DNA of 63,539 bases, the filler included, from Rhabdomonas costata (lineage: Eukaryota): assembly GCA_019059605.1 (NCBI GenBank). It is 48 parts of 48 records of this genome, joined end to end, with 100 filler letters (N's around TTAATTAATTAA, not from the genome) between each part and the next. Parts side by side here need not be neighbours in the genome. Positions count along the whole stretch, not along the records: positions 49,056 to 50,281 come from JAHMHO010022877.1; positions 50,382 to 51,605 come from JAHMHO010022878.1; positions 51,706 to 52,931 come from JAHMHO010022879.1; positions 53,032 to 54,257 come from JAHMHO010022880.1; positions 54,358 to 55,583 come from JAHMHO010022881.1; positions 55,684 to 56,909 come from JAHMHO010022882.1; positions 57,010 to 58,235 come from JAHMHO010022883.1; positions 58,336 to 59,561 come from JAHMHO010022884.1; 40 more parts are not named here. One strand, given 5' to 3'. Every line of letters begins with the position of its first letter. The first letter of the stretch is position 1. Made by a program: the position numbers and the translations under genes. The notes below the pieces were generated by a model. It was not told the origin of the DNA. It saw only the letters and a program-made list of their open reading frames with translations, and made no database searches. Of this stretch, positions 49,640 through 61,900 are shown in pieces.

Positions 49640-49851
49640 TTAGAAGTCAGACGTCGCCACCTCGGCAAGCTCGTGCACCCTTCCCAGAGCATCTACATGC
49701 CCCCGCAGACTGGCGGCGATTCCGCGCCACAGGTCGGAAGCACACTGCAAAGTTCGCAAACTTTCCCAGACGCAGTAGTCACCGGGAAGGGAACGGGCCA
49801 GGAACTCTCCGCATAGATGTTGGATGGAATCGCCCAGGGTGTGCAACGCTG
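49640..49851 (-). CDS. Probable terminal exon of an unknown protein
   Basis: Pyrimidine tract + AG, then open frame LHTLGDSIQHLCGEFL...ELAEVATSDF* (5' boundary approximate). Confidence 0.4.
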
Positions 49852-50687
49852 TCAACGAGGAAACAAGTAAAGTCAATTTTTGAGGCCTACATGGATTTTG
49901 TAAAAATAAAAAAAAAGAAAAGAAACACAGGGCATGTTCCAAAATGCCACATGAGGAAATGCCTGAAAACAGTGTCTCTGGAATTAAGAAAAAGGTTATT
50001 TCGAATAAAACGGTGTGATCTGTTATTCGTGGAACGACGACAGCGAAGCCACGGTCAGATAAGAATACTTGTCAAAGCTCCGCTTTGTCTTCAGTTAGCT
50101 CGGCTTTGAGATCCTTATAGATATAAAATGACGCGATGTCTTGTCCAAACACAAGTCAACAATATCACTCAACTTTCCGAGGAAAGCACACGAACAAGTG
50201 GGCGATTCAGAAACCAGCAGACTCTGTGGTGGCGAGAGCGCCCGTTGGCCCCTGTAGTATATATAGTTAGTCACAACCACANNNNNNNNNNNNNNNNNNN
50301 NNNNNNNNNNNNNNNNNNNNNNNNNTTAATTAATTAANNNNNNNNNNNNNNNNNNNNNNNNNNNNNNNNNNNNNNNNNNNNTTGTGTGTGTCTCAAAAGT
50401 GCAGAGAACACAGTGTCGGACTGTGCGTATGTGTTTCTCAGTAGCAATGTGTTAGTCCGAAAACCTAAACTAGAATTCACTCCCTACAATGGAATATTTG
50501 GTAATTTGGTAACTCCCCCACCCCCATTCTGGAGCTGTGGTGCCAGGAGTCAGGCAAAGCACACGCCCCATGGGGGGATTCCGGCCCTTTGGTCTAAGCC
50601 AAAAAGGATGTCCCGTGGTCCGCAACAGAACTGGATCCAAACAATATATAAGGCGGCACACAGAGGTTGGCAGGAGCGTCCGCTCAC

Positions 50688-51279
50688 CTCCACTTTGTTT
50701 GAGGCCTCTGCGAAGCCGATCACGTGCGCCGGGATCCGCGTGTTGCCATCCGCGTTCATCTCCTTGCACATCTCCGTCACCTTCTGCTCCGTCAGGTTGC
50801 GCTGCTTCAGCACAGCGTAGTAGCTCTCCATGTCCTTCTCTGCCGAACATCCACCCCACCCCAAAGTCGTAAGCCACCATTCAAAAGAACTGGGCCCAGT
50901 ATCTCCGTCTGTACGCCATATCTGCGGTCCTTTTACCCTTGGCAGGTTCCGGTGGCCCCTTGCTGGCGCCGCAGCTTGTTCCTAGAATGCAGCCCCACCT
51001 CGTTATCGAAGCACGCTAGTGTGTTGCTCCAAAACATATAAAGACAAGGAGAAAGAATCATTGCGTACCCAGCCGCTTCACGCAAACCGCGCGGCTGTTG
51101 AAGAGGTGGTCCAGGCGGATCCCCTTCTTCGACACCTTCGAGGCGTGCACCGGGGCCATCCCCTTCAGTGTGCTGGCGTTGGTCGCGCTGAGCAGGAAGT
51201 CCAGCAGCTTGTGGTAGGGCGTCACGATGTGCACGTTGCCCACGAACAGCAGATCCAGGTACGAAACCCCGGCGTTGAC
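50688..51279 (-). CDS. Two in-phase exons (51279-51069, 50839-50688) of an unidentified protein
   Basis: GC3-rich coding; VNAGVSYLDLLFVGNV...VCVKRL|EKDMESYYAVLK...ASNKVE|gtgagc. Confidence 0.7.
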
Positions 51280-52207
51280 CTGAACCAGACGCACCCAGTC
51301 TTCCGGGACACGGGGTATTTATACCATATGCACAAAGGCATTGCTTTGGCGGAGGCCTCTTCTGGAACCGCAACCACCGCAATAGAAAGGCGGAGGCCTT
51401 TTCTGCCTCAGCGGTCTTTGGAGAACTGTCCCGCTGCCTCGCTCCTTCTCCGGGTGCGGATCGCCATGGCTGCTTGGGAAATCTCAGCCAAGACGCGTGC
51501 ACACGCACTTTGCATTGGCAAGGAACTCGAAATTCCATTCAGTGTGAGCCCTTCGGACCTCACACACAGACACAGACACAGACACAGACACAGACACACA
51601 CACACNNNNNNNNNNNNNNNNNNNNNNNNNNNNNNNNNNNNNNNNNNNNTTAATTAATTAANNNNNNNNNNNNNNNNNNNNNNNNNNNNNNNNNNNNNNN
51701 NNNNNGGGTTATTGTGATTTACTACAAGGTGGGAGATTCCGATGTATTTCATGGGTGCGTTTGTGCGCGTGTGCAGGGCATGAACCTGTACAACTCTGCT
51801 GTGTTAGAACAGGGGGACTCTCTCTCTTTCTCTTGTCCACTTGCTTTGGCCGCACCGCGGCTGTTGTTCGAACCACAACCAAACTTTCCAACTCGAACAA
51901 TAACGCACAGCACGAAACAAACCCATAAAATAGAGCGATTCCTCCGGTCGTACCCATTCAATGGCGACCCCCTTCGCTATTAGTAAACCCCAAAAAGGAA
52001 AATCGGAAGCACAGAGCCTCGAAAGCGTGAAGGACCTCCGGAATTGGGTCGCCCTGCTCCATTCCGTCCAACCCTGCGGTAAGTTTTCACTCAGTAGTCG
52101 AATTTCAAGTCATCTTTGGAATTTGGAGAAGGTTTGAGCAGTTTCCCAATGAAAATGGCCAAGAAACACAACAATCCCAGCTTCAGCACAGAAAAAAAGC
52201 TTAGCAC

Positions 52208-52440
52208 CTGATCCCTCAGAACGGCGCACCCCGCAGCAAAGCGCGAGCTGAACGTCGGCGACGCATGGACGTTTGTCCACGTCAGCGCATCCTTGCTCCG
52301 CCACACATCACCCAAAGGCCGCCCACTGGCTGACAGGCCCCCCAGCGCCATGAGCTCACCACGGAACTCAACCATGCAGGGATTCGTGCGGATGGGTAAG
52401 ATGGGCGAGGAGCATTCAAGTGCTACCCAGATAAACTTGG
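52208..52440 (-). CDS. Exon of a Kelch-like beta-propeller protein
   Basis: RTNPCMVEFRGELMALGG...LGDVWRSKDALTW...SSRFAAGCAV; AG/GT boundaries. Confidence 0.75.
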
Positions 52441-53031
52441 CTGCGAGCAGAGAGACAGCGGATTCCCTCCCGTTCTGCAATTTCCATTTCACTAGCACTT
52501 GCAGAAGGCGTACGACATCCCGATGCTACAACGTCCAAAGTCGACACGCCCAAGCATCCGGAGCAAGACGAGATCAAACCAAATTATCCATCCCTCCTGC
52601 TGCCCGAAAGAATAAACCGCTTGTACCTGGACGCTGCCGGGTAGCCCGGGGGTCCATCCTGGAGGTGCCATTCCTGACCTTTCTGGGAAGCCCCAGAGTC
52701 CCTAACAAGCGCCCCCCCCCGCACACACACAGAGGCGCTCGACCAAGAGCTTCGGCAGCCCGTCCGCTGCGGTGTGATAATCCATCCTCTTGTTTAAAAG
52801 AAGAATATGACATACATTTCTTGCAAACAATCAAACAAAAGGTGTAAACCATAAGTGGCATGAGGGCCACGGTGAACAGTTCCCCCTCAGCGATCCCATT
52901 GATCCACCCGTCCGCCTCCCCACCCACCACCNNNNNNNNNNNNNNNNNNNNNNNNNNNNNNNNNNNNNNNNNNNNTTAATTAATTAANNNNNNNNNNNNN
53001 NNNNNNNNNNNNNNNNNNNNNNNNNNNNNNN

Positions 53032-54257
53032 CCTCTCCCACCCCATCTAATGGGCCCACGAGTCAGCAGAAGGAAGGAGTTCCCAGAGTGTTGTTGAGAA
53101 GAGGCAGTCCAAAAAATCTGGAGATGGTCGTACAAAGTGTTGCAGGAGACCAAGTAGCTTTTGTAGCTGACGTCCAGCGTAGTAACCGTGGATGTTTTTT
53201 CAATGCTACCGTTGATGATCACGGTGGAGGTTGCGAGGGCGGGATTCACGGCTTGGGAGTGCAGGCCCAGCTTTGTAGGATGCTGCTGCTTGGGCCCCAC
53301 GATCAGCAATCTGCACAGCTGCGAGAGACAAGCAGGCATTAAACATTCTGATACTGCTCGCAGAATTCGAACCCCATATGTTAGGCCTTTATCTTGGACT
53401 CCACCCAAGGTCGAGCATAAGGGCAGCTCTTCGTTTCTTGGAAACGCAATAAGTTCTTTTTCACGCTATAACAAGCAGCAATCCCCTGTGCCGCCCAAAA
53501 CCACCTCCTTTCCGGTGAGTGGCAGCCACACCGAGCTGTTGCACTCCACAGGAAGGCTTAGCCTCCTCAGCCGCGCAGGTAGGGAAGCCACCCAACCATG
53601 CGGGCAGTCCACGTGCACCTTGCCCGCGGTGACCTCCACCTCGGAGCTGCACGACGCCCCGCTAACAGATACGAAGCACACTCCGTCCCCGCCACACTTC
53701 GCCTGAGTGCACTCGCAGGTCCCGTTGACCGGGTTGAAGGTGTGGTAGAGGTCGCAAACTACTGGCTGCCCGCACGCCGTGCTGGTCCGGGGGGGTGCGT
53801 TGCAGGCTGGTGGGGCCATGATCTCCCACCGCCTTGCCACAGACACCTCACTGACCCTTCCGCTGCCCAAGCGGAACCAGGCCTGGCCACTCCGGCGAGA
53901 GCCTTGGGGCGACGACCCCTTGGCACTCACAGTGGATCCCCACTCCAGAGCGCCCAGGAATCCACCCCCGGCCTCAACGCTCAGCCCAGGCGTGCCCTGG
54001 GATCGAACCTCCAGAGCGGGGACAGGGCTCTGGCCCTGGGCCACAAAGCTCAGGTTGGTGGCAGTGCCGTTCAGGGTGAAAATGTACACCGCTTGGTCCG
54101 GAAGCCCGTCCGAGTAATCGAACAGCACGCAGGTGGACTGCACCAGGTCGCCAACAACCGCCGCCCCATCCCCACCTGAGGCCAAAGGGGGCAGGATCTG
54201 CAGCCACAAGGCGTGGCCGTCCACAAACAGGCAGCTCTCGCATCCTGCCACCACAAA
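53032..54257 (-). CDS. Large, probably extracellular protein with a Cys-rich EGF-like segment (exons contig end-53505, 53318-contig start)
   Basis: ~750-nt exon; CGQPVVC...GTCECTQAKCGGDGVC; several NxT/S sequons; in-phase GT-AG intron. Confidence 0.55.
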
Positions 54258-56314
54258 NNNNNNNNNNNNNNNNNNNNNNNNNNNNNNNNNNNNNNNNNNN
54301 NTTAATTAATTAANNNNNNNNNNNNNNNNNNNNNNNNNNNNNNNNNNNNNNNNNNNNGGATTAGAACCTGAGACCCACCGCGATTCCTTTTTGTCAGTGC
54401 GCGAGTGTGGGAGAAAATTCGGTTCCGGTTCCGTTACGGATCGGACATCAACATTTGTTGTTCTCTTCATTCTTATGGTGTTGGTGTAAATCGGAGAATC
54501 GGAGATCAAAGAGTCAGCGCGCAGCAAGCTCCGCTGAGAACTGGCGCTTGGCCAGAGGCCATGCGTTTTGGCGCTGGGATATCACCTGGGCATGTGAAAA
54601 AAAGGAAGGAAGGTTGCATTTCCCGGTTCCGCTCGTAACAAACATGAAATAAAAAAAGCAGGTAAACGCCGCATAAAATATGTCACTTTGGAGAAGTTCG
54701 AGGGCAGAAAGCTCGGCTACACTTACTTGGTACCCAGACCAAAGTCGACAACCATATTAGCAGCAAAAGTGGGTTGGACTTGTCACCGTGAGCTGAATAG
54801 AACATGCCCCTCTGTATAGGATGGCCAGTTTTCTGCTCGCTTTGATCAATGAAGTTTGAAGTTTGATAAGTTCCGACATAAAAACAGAGTGTCCGCGCAG
54901 GTGCACGCCCACGAGCATCGGAAGGGAGATACCCCATCATCGGAGCAGTGGGGGGGGCTGCGGAGAGGGAGCTGCTGAAGGGCGCAAAGCTGCTGAAGCT
55001 GGCAACCTGGACCCGATCCCAAACACTCGCGTCCATCCAAACAATGACCCTATTCACGCAAGCAGACCCTACAGGAAATGCCAGTACTTTTCTCACTGTG
55101 TGCGAACCAGAGGATTCCTTTCACCCTATGATGCCCCCCCCACCATCTTTCATCATCCCTCATACTTCTTTCAGAATGGGAAGAACGGAAGGTCAATACA
55201 GACGCAAAGCAGGGCATCTGAAATGGACAGCGCTGAGTGACATTCATTCTTCATGCATGTACTGCAGGCTGAGCAGATGAACAACAGTGTGCAGTAGCAA
55301 AGATCCAGACCCAGAAAAAAATACAGAGCACAGAGAGGGCAGAAAGCCACCCATAAAAATCAAAAAGCGAGTCTGCATCTTCAATGAAATGCACGGACAA
55401 AGTCACGGCAGTGTCTCCCTCCCTCCTGTCCTCCCCCACTGTTTTTGGTTGAAAGAGACCATGCTACTGCACAGCTTTCCACCAGCCAGGCAACCAACCA
55501 ACCAACCAGCCACATTTTGACTAAACACCCACATTCACACCCACACCCATACCCACACTCACACGTACCCACCACACAAACACNNNNNNNNNNNNNNNNN
55601 NNNNNNNNNNNNNNNNNNNNNNNNNNNTTAATTAATTAANNNNNNNNNNNNNNNNNNNNNNNNNNNNNNNNNNNNNNNNNNNNGTGTTTGTGTGTGCGCC
55701 TTTTGTCATGCGCTACTGCGCTTGGTGAGGTGGTGAGGATACAAATAGCTGCTTTTGTGCAGAAGTGTGAATATATAGAAGGCCGCGATCTGGGGCACTC
55801 TGGGACTTTGGGTGAGGGGGTGCTAAACGGTAAAAGGTCGTTGTATGGCCTAGGAGCGAAAAAGAACTTGAAATTGATTTTGACCCATTTCGTTTTGGTG
55901 GTTCCCACTGCCTATCTTCCACTGACTAAGTGTTTTCCTTGAAGGATTTTGGTTGAGCAGCGGGTGGGACTTACTTATCTTTGGGACCGCGACGGGCCGG
56001 AGCGCGCTGCTCAGGCGGGGAGAGTGCGGGTCTTGCGTGACATTCCACGACAAAAACATGCGAGTTCGGGAGGCGGAGGACTCAAACCTGGTTTCACTTT
56101 TGCCGAATTACGTGGTTATGTTGTTATACTGTTTAACGTCTCCCCCCCTAGAGTGCCCCGGACCCCAAGGCCGCACTCCTGTACAGCTCTCAGGCACAAG
56201 TTACAAGGTAACCAGGACAGTTCAATAACGTCACCAAACACACACCACCACACATACCAAGAAAGCATGGCACTGCGTGGTGATTAATCACCAAGAATGG
56301 ATCCATAAAGATAA

Positions 56315-56338
56315 AACAACAACAACAACAACAACAAC
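56315..56338. repeat. (AAC)n microsatellite
   Basis: Direct reading. Confidence 0.9.
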
Positions 56339-57526
56339 TCAAGAGTTCATGTTCGGAAAAGAGATTCAACCCCCCCCCCCCCGATAAACACGCATTCGCG
56401 GATTTACGGGTGCGACCAGTGGTGATCGATGGAGAAGTTTAGCAGTAGTTAGAGACTCAATCAGTGCAGCTGCAAGATCCCCCATTCCCCAGAGCGACAA
56501 CAGGCGGCGTGTCAACCTGCAGAGGACGACAAAGGCGGTTCCGCCCAAGGCCTCTGTCTGTGAGGCCAGCCCCACGACAGACGAGCGCTGGCGGAGGCTG
56601 CTGGGAGGCAGCACGGCGCACGTCGGGAGAGAAAGCCACCGCATAGCGGGGTGTCCCCGGAATTCCTCCACGGGAAGCACGTGCAGCGCGCTGGCCACCG
56701 CTGGCGAGGTCGTGGTACCCCCGCCGAACAAGCACAGCGCAGTGAACTGATGCTCCACCCCTAATCCGTTTGCACAAATGGGCGGCAAAGAAAAAACGAA
56801 GAAGGCACGATCTCACTCCCAGTGGGGACATGTCCCACTTCCCGCCGGGACATGAACCCCTGCCACCTCATTCACCCCTCCCCGCACCTTCTAACCCAAC
56901 AAACCACCCNNNNNNNNNNNNNNNNNNNNNNNNNNNNNNNNNNNNNNNNNNNNTTAATTAATTAANNNNNNNNNNNNNNNNNNNNNNNNNNNNNNNNNNN
57001 NNNNNNNNNGGGTTGGGTAAAACTGCTTGCCAGGAATCGTTCGTTTGAACGGGCCACTCTGCCAATTTGGTAGATTTTCTTATCTTGGCTCCTCACATCG
57101 AGAATGCGCAATGGCCGGGAATCTTCGCCGCATTGAGGCAGGGAGTTGAGCAAGTTGCGACGCAGCATCCCTGTCAGGCGCTCCAAATCCTGCGCTCCTG
57201 CACGTGCGCATGTGCTAGCCCTTTTGTGACGATCCAGATTCTGGCGACGTTTTCGAAGTTGCAAGTGTCATCGCTGGTTTTTTCAAACCATCTCCAACCT
57301 GGTCGACAGGGGCCTTTGCAGGGTGAACCGGTATCACTCCAAAGATAATTTCCTCCCTGGGCAGAACAGCAGTTTCCCAGGATTCCTCAAGACAGCGAGT
57401 CGGATGAGTGTTTCTACGCTCGTAAGCCCAAAACAGTATTATGAGAAATTCGACTCGATAGCAAGCTCGAGCCGGGAAATTTCTTGCGAAGTGCCTTTAC
57501 CCTGTGCTTTTCGCCTTTTGCTGCAG

Positions 57527-58145
57527 AACTTGTTGACAAGTGCGTTGGCTCTCGTATATGGATTATTCTGAAGAATGATAAGGAGCTGGTGGGAATCCTT
57601 CGTGGTTTTGATGACTACGTCAGTATGTGCTTTTGTTTTTGTTTTCGAGTTTCCCTTGCGTTTGTTTCTGAATTTCCGTAGTGGCAACTGACTTCCTCCC
57701 TCCTCCCAGAGGTCGACGAACTTTGAACTTTGAACTTTGAACTGGTCGCATTGATTTGAATCGAACTTGGAAGATGTAGTTTTTTTTGACTGTTTGAGAA
57801 AAAGCCACAGATGGCCGCCAGCTAGAGTAAAGTATCGGGACAGTCCACCCCGCAAACCTCAGTCGTTGAAAGGCAGTGTAGATAGGAGGATGTTGGCTCA
57901 AAAAAGCTACCCGAGAAGCGCTCTGCCTGGGTCGGGAACCGGGAAATCCCCCCTCCCTCATCCCAAGACGGCAAGGCGCAACAACCTTTTGACAGGAGAG
58001 CCCATCCGCTGACGAGCAACGTGAGAAACCCTTTATTGGGGCACATAAGAAACCAAACATTCAACTTTGACCTTTTCCCTACCCTGTCAATTGTTCCTTT
58101 TGCTTCCATTGCCGCAGACATGGTTTTGGAGGATGTGATCGAATA
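57527..58145 (+). CDS. LSM5: U6 snRNA-associated LSm5, exons 57527-57622 (96 nt) and 58118-58145 (28 nt)
   Basis: (E)LVDKCVGSRIWIILKNDKELVGILRGFDDYV|NMVLEDVIEY; canonical splice sites. Confidence 0.95.
57718..57743. repeat. (GAACTTT)n short tandem repeat in an LSm5 intron
   Basis: gaactttgaactttgaactttgaact. Confidence 0.85.
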
Positions 58146-58741
58146 GTATGTGACGTGTGTCTTGTTTTTACTTTTGTGTGTTTCTCCTTTTATGTGCCGG
58201 ATCCGTTTTGAGCTCAATGAAATCAAGATCAGAACNNNNNNNNNNNNNNNNNNNNNNNNNNNNNNNNNNNNNNNNNNNNTTAATTAATTAANNNNNNNNN
58301 NNNNNNNNNNNNNNNNNNNNNNNNNNNNNNNNNNNACCGTGTCGTCAATTGTGTGGCGCATAATATAGCTTTGGCTCAGAATATGATGTCACGGTGCGGG
58401 GGAGGGGTGGCTCGATTATTAATCACGCAAAAAAATCAACATCCCTTTTCTGCAATTACCGATAGCCCCCTCCCCCCCGTCAGCCACGCCAGCGATATCA
58501 CCTTTCGGGCCAAAGTCGTTTCGCGGTTTACGAAATGCCAAAACAACTGAGATGCAGTACTGGTAGTGATGATGGCGACCTTCTTTGGTGGCGTGGACAC
58601 ACTGAGTGAAATCCGTTCGGGTTGTCAACCCGTGGAAGTCTTGCGCTACCTTTTTTCTTTTTGCGAATGGAGGTTTTGCACGTATGGCTTTCTCGCCACA
58701 ACCGTGAAAAGAAGAGCGGGGGGGGGGCACGTCAGACACAC

Positions 58742-58978
58742 CATCAGCTCAGCCTCCATCTTTCTCTGCAGCTCCAGCTGCTGCAGCTCCTGCGGAGTCA
58801 GCACTGACAGGGTGCCTTCTTCTGCTTCTTCCAGGATCAAGGCCTCTGCTGAAGGGGAATCAAGCGGCGCCTCCACGCCGCCATCGCCACTGGCGCTTTC
58901 CGCCGATGATGTGGGAATGACTCCAGAGGATACTGGATCAGGATCAGGGGCAGGGGCAGCAGCCTCCGAAGCTTCGCC
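58742..58978 (-). CDS. Exon of an unknown acidic, low-complexity protein
   Basis: Open frame between acceptor and GT donor: EASEAAAPAPDP...LTPQELQQLELQRKMEAELM (boundaries approximate). Confidence 0.45.
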
Positions 58979-61900
58979 TTGCAATGCACAGGAAACCGAC
59001 CGTGAGGCCCACTAACACCCTAACACGATGCAGCGATACAGCGCGGGTGATAGCATAACACTTCCACATGGCCAAATGGCAAACGCCAACGGACTCCCTC
59101 TATCGGTACTGAAGTTTTCCTTTCGCAGCAAGGCCTTTGTTGTCCGTCTATTGTGTCTATTGTGTCCTCCAAGTGCCGCCAAACCCGAACTGGTGCATAT
59201 TCCCTGGCGTATATTCAAAGGCGGTGGGAACTTGATGACAGTGTGTCATGCACCTTGGGCAGCGCCATTCGTTGTGGCTTGGCTGTGGAATGCTGTGGCT
59301 TCTCGCTTCTGTTCGCAGCAAGCTGTCAAAGGGAAACTAAGCGAAGAAACTCCCTATGGAGCATCTCGAACAGCAAACTGATGAGCAGGGCCTAACATCA
59401 TGAGTGAATACCCTGAGTGGAAACAACCCGGAGACTGCCTCGAACAGTCTGACGACGACAAAACTCTCCCTTATTGTGGTCCACCTGAGCAATGAAGATA
59501 CCAAAATCCTTACAGACAGAGGTGTAAGCTCTGGCACCATCAGTAAATAGGAGCGTTCCCTNNNNNNNNNNNNNNNNNNNNNNNNNNNNNNNNNNNNNNN
59601 NNNNNTTAATTAATTAANNNNNNNNNNNNNNNNNNNNNNNNNNNNNNNNNNNNNNNNNNNNAGGGCAAACTCGGTTGATGGCGGTGGGTAGGGAGCAGGG
59701 GAAAGGGCGAAAATGCTTCGATGCCTCGCGTGTCCAGCGCGCGGAGAAAACTTTTTTTGCAGGGTGCCGGACACTTAAAACACAAAAAGTCAGCAACTGG
59801 ATGAGAATATGGTGACGATGACTGACAATAGTAATCACCATTGAAACAGGATATATTGATTCATACCCAGCGCACGGCGACGTCAAGAACACAACAGCGA
59901 CCAGGAGTTCCGACAAGGTCCTGACCGACCAAAGAACAGGACACAACGCAGTGGTTCTAGGGCAGCATAGTACTCAGTCAGCGTTCTAGGGGCAAGCATA
60001 CGGTTCTTTCGGTGAACAGGATTAACACTAAGAACGGTTGGAACTGTTGTCCAAAGTTCGGACCTGAGTTGCCTAGCTGGGCTTTGGAGCTAACTGGCAC
60101 TTCGCACTTCGTGGAAAATGAACTTTTAAGCCATGATTATACGCTCACCACCCTAATGCAAGCACATTGTCGGCAATTTGGTGCGTACTAGACATATCGC
60201 TGTGAGCGCGTTTGCTTGGAAAGTTATTGCAAAACAGGGAATCCTTTTTTGGGGTGGAAATTCGCACATGAAACTTCATTTTCCTTTTGATCCTTAGTCA
60301 TTCCACTCAGCGAAATACTTTTTTGAAGTACAACAATAACGAAATCCACTCTTTTTTCGCACAAAAATCCTTCTCCTTAGGTCCCGATATCCGTTTGCCC
60401 TCCAGTCTCTTCACGCTTTTGCTGGTGGGCGTTGTGCAGGATTTAACACACTGAACTGCTGCTGGTAGTGGGCTCCCCTCGATTTGTTGGGTGCTTTCTT
60501 GTATTAATGGGAATTCAGAGTTTTCTTTCGCCTCTGGTTTCGGGTTATCCAAAGAAAGGACATTTGTATGGAGCAAAGTTCAGTCACAGGTGGAACCCAG
60601 CAGACAGTGAGGGCACGGTGTATCACAGGGACACAGCTTCGGGGTGAACACAAATCAGACAAAAAATCAGCGGTATTCTCGCAGATGCGGCAACCCCTTC
60701 CGGCAAACTTCTGCAGGCGCTGTGGCTTCGGGCCAAAATGAAAGAAGAGGGACACAAAAAAGAGAAAGGGAGAAGGGGTCAAGGGGGCATCCAAGGAGGG
60801 ACCTTCCGCTCGCCTCATCGGCAGGGATTTATTCATGCGTGAGGGTGGAAACGCATCTTACCCAGGCAATAAATTTCCACAAAAACCNNNNNNNNNNNNN
60901 NNNNNNNNNNNNNNNNNNNNNNNNNNNNNNNTTAATTAATTAANNNNNNNNNNNNNNNNNNNNNNNNNNNNNNNNNNNNNNNNNNNNGGTTTTTGTGGGT
61001 AAGTTCTGCACTGAGAAGGATACCACCATTGTTCAGTGCAGGTAGTCGGTCTGCTAAGCCACAGTGGAAGGGCGTCGTACGCGGGCCATCTCGCCTTCGT
61101 TCTGCGATTGTCCTGCTCTGCCGATGTACATAACTATTGTCAAGAGCCGCGAGGCTCTCACGTATGTGTCCCGTTTCTGTTTTGACCTCTTGGGACAGCT
61201 TGACGGTGTCAAGTGTGCACGAGTGTAAAATTTTGATGGCAAACCAATTCTCCAAGCCGGCCCTTATGTCATTCCGGGGCGCAACGTTAGGAGAAACTTG
61301 ATATTGCTGTGTTCTCGTGCCCTTCTGGTTTGTAAAATGACCTTCCGGGTCGATTTAGTTGCGGCGTCCCCTTTGCCGCGAAACGTAAACTCCTTCATCC
61401 GGCGAATCATTCAGGTAATCCGTCCACAAACTGGGATTTGGTTCCGCAGTTAGCCTGGTCTTGCCCCCTGGCGGCCAAAAGCATCGGCGTTGCAACAGCC
61501 GAACGCCAGGTCTCGGGTTGTTGAAAAAGGCTCCCTCCACCGTCGGTGTTTCCGAGCGTTCAATTAGGTGTGCAGTGTCAGACCGCGTGTTGTTTGACAA
61601 AGGCTGTGTTCGAACAGTACCTTTCTGCGCGGGGTCGTCTCCATTCCCCCGGGCCTTCCTACAACTCGAACCCCCGCGGTTTTAGTTTTGCGTAAAACAT
61701 GGGCTCAGACAAACCTTCGTCAGCGTTTGCCCGTCAGTGAGACCACCAACTCTCTACCCGAAGTCCCCGCTATGGGGTCGACCCCAATGGATTTGTACAC
61801 CGCCGCGCCGTCACAAGCCACTCCTGGAGCGATTTAATTTTCCAATTACCGCGGCAACCAAAATGCCCAACGTCGCCGTTGACAGCAATTACTGTCATCG

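Noticed and set aside
57403-57420. ATGAGTGTTTCTACGCTC|gtaagc as the first LSm5 exon
   Set aside because: Ends in phase 0 whereas the next exon needs phase 1, and the expected LPL residues are missing
58144-58146. Apparent in-frame TAG after MVLEDVIE in LSm5, suggesting UAG=Tyr
   Set aside because: It is TA|gtatgt, a phase-2 splice donor, not a codon
59378-59425. Hammerhead-like CTGATGAG...GAAAC
   Set aside because: Stem II does not close next to GAAA, and no convincing stems I and III were found
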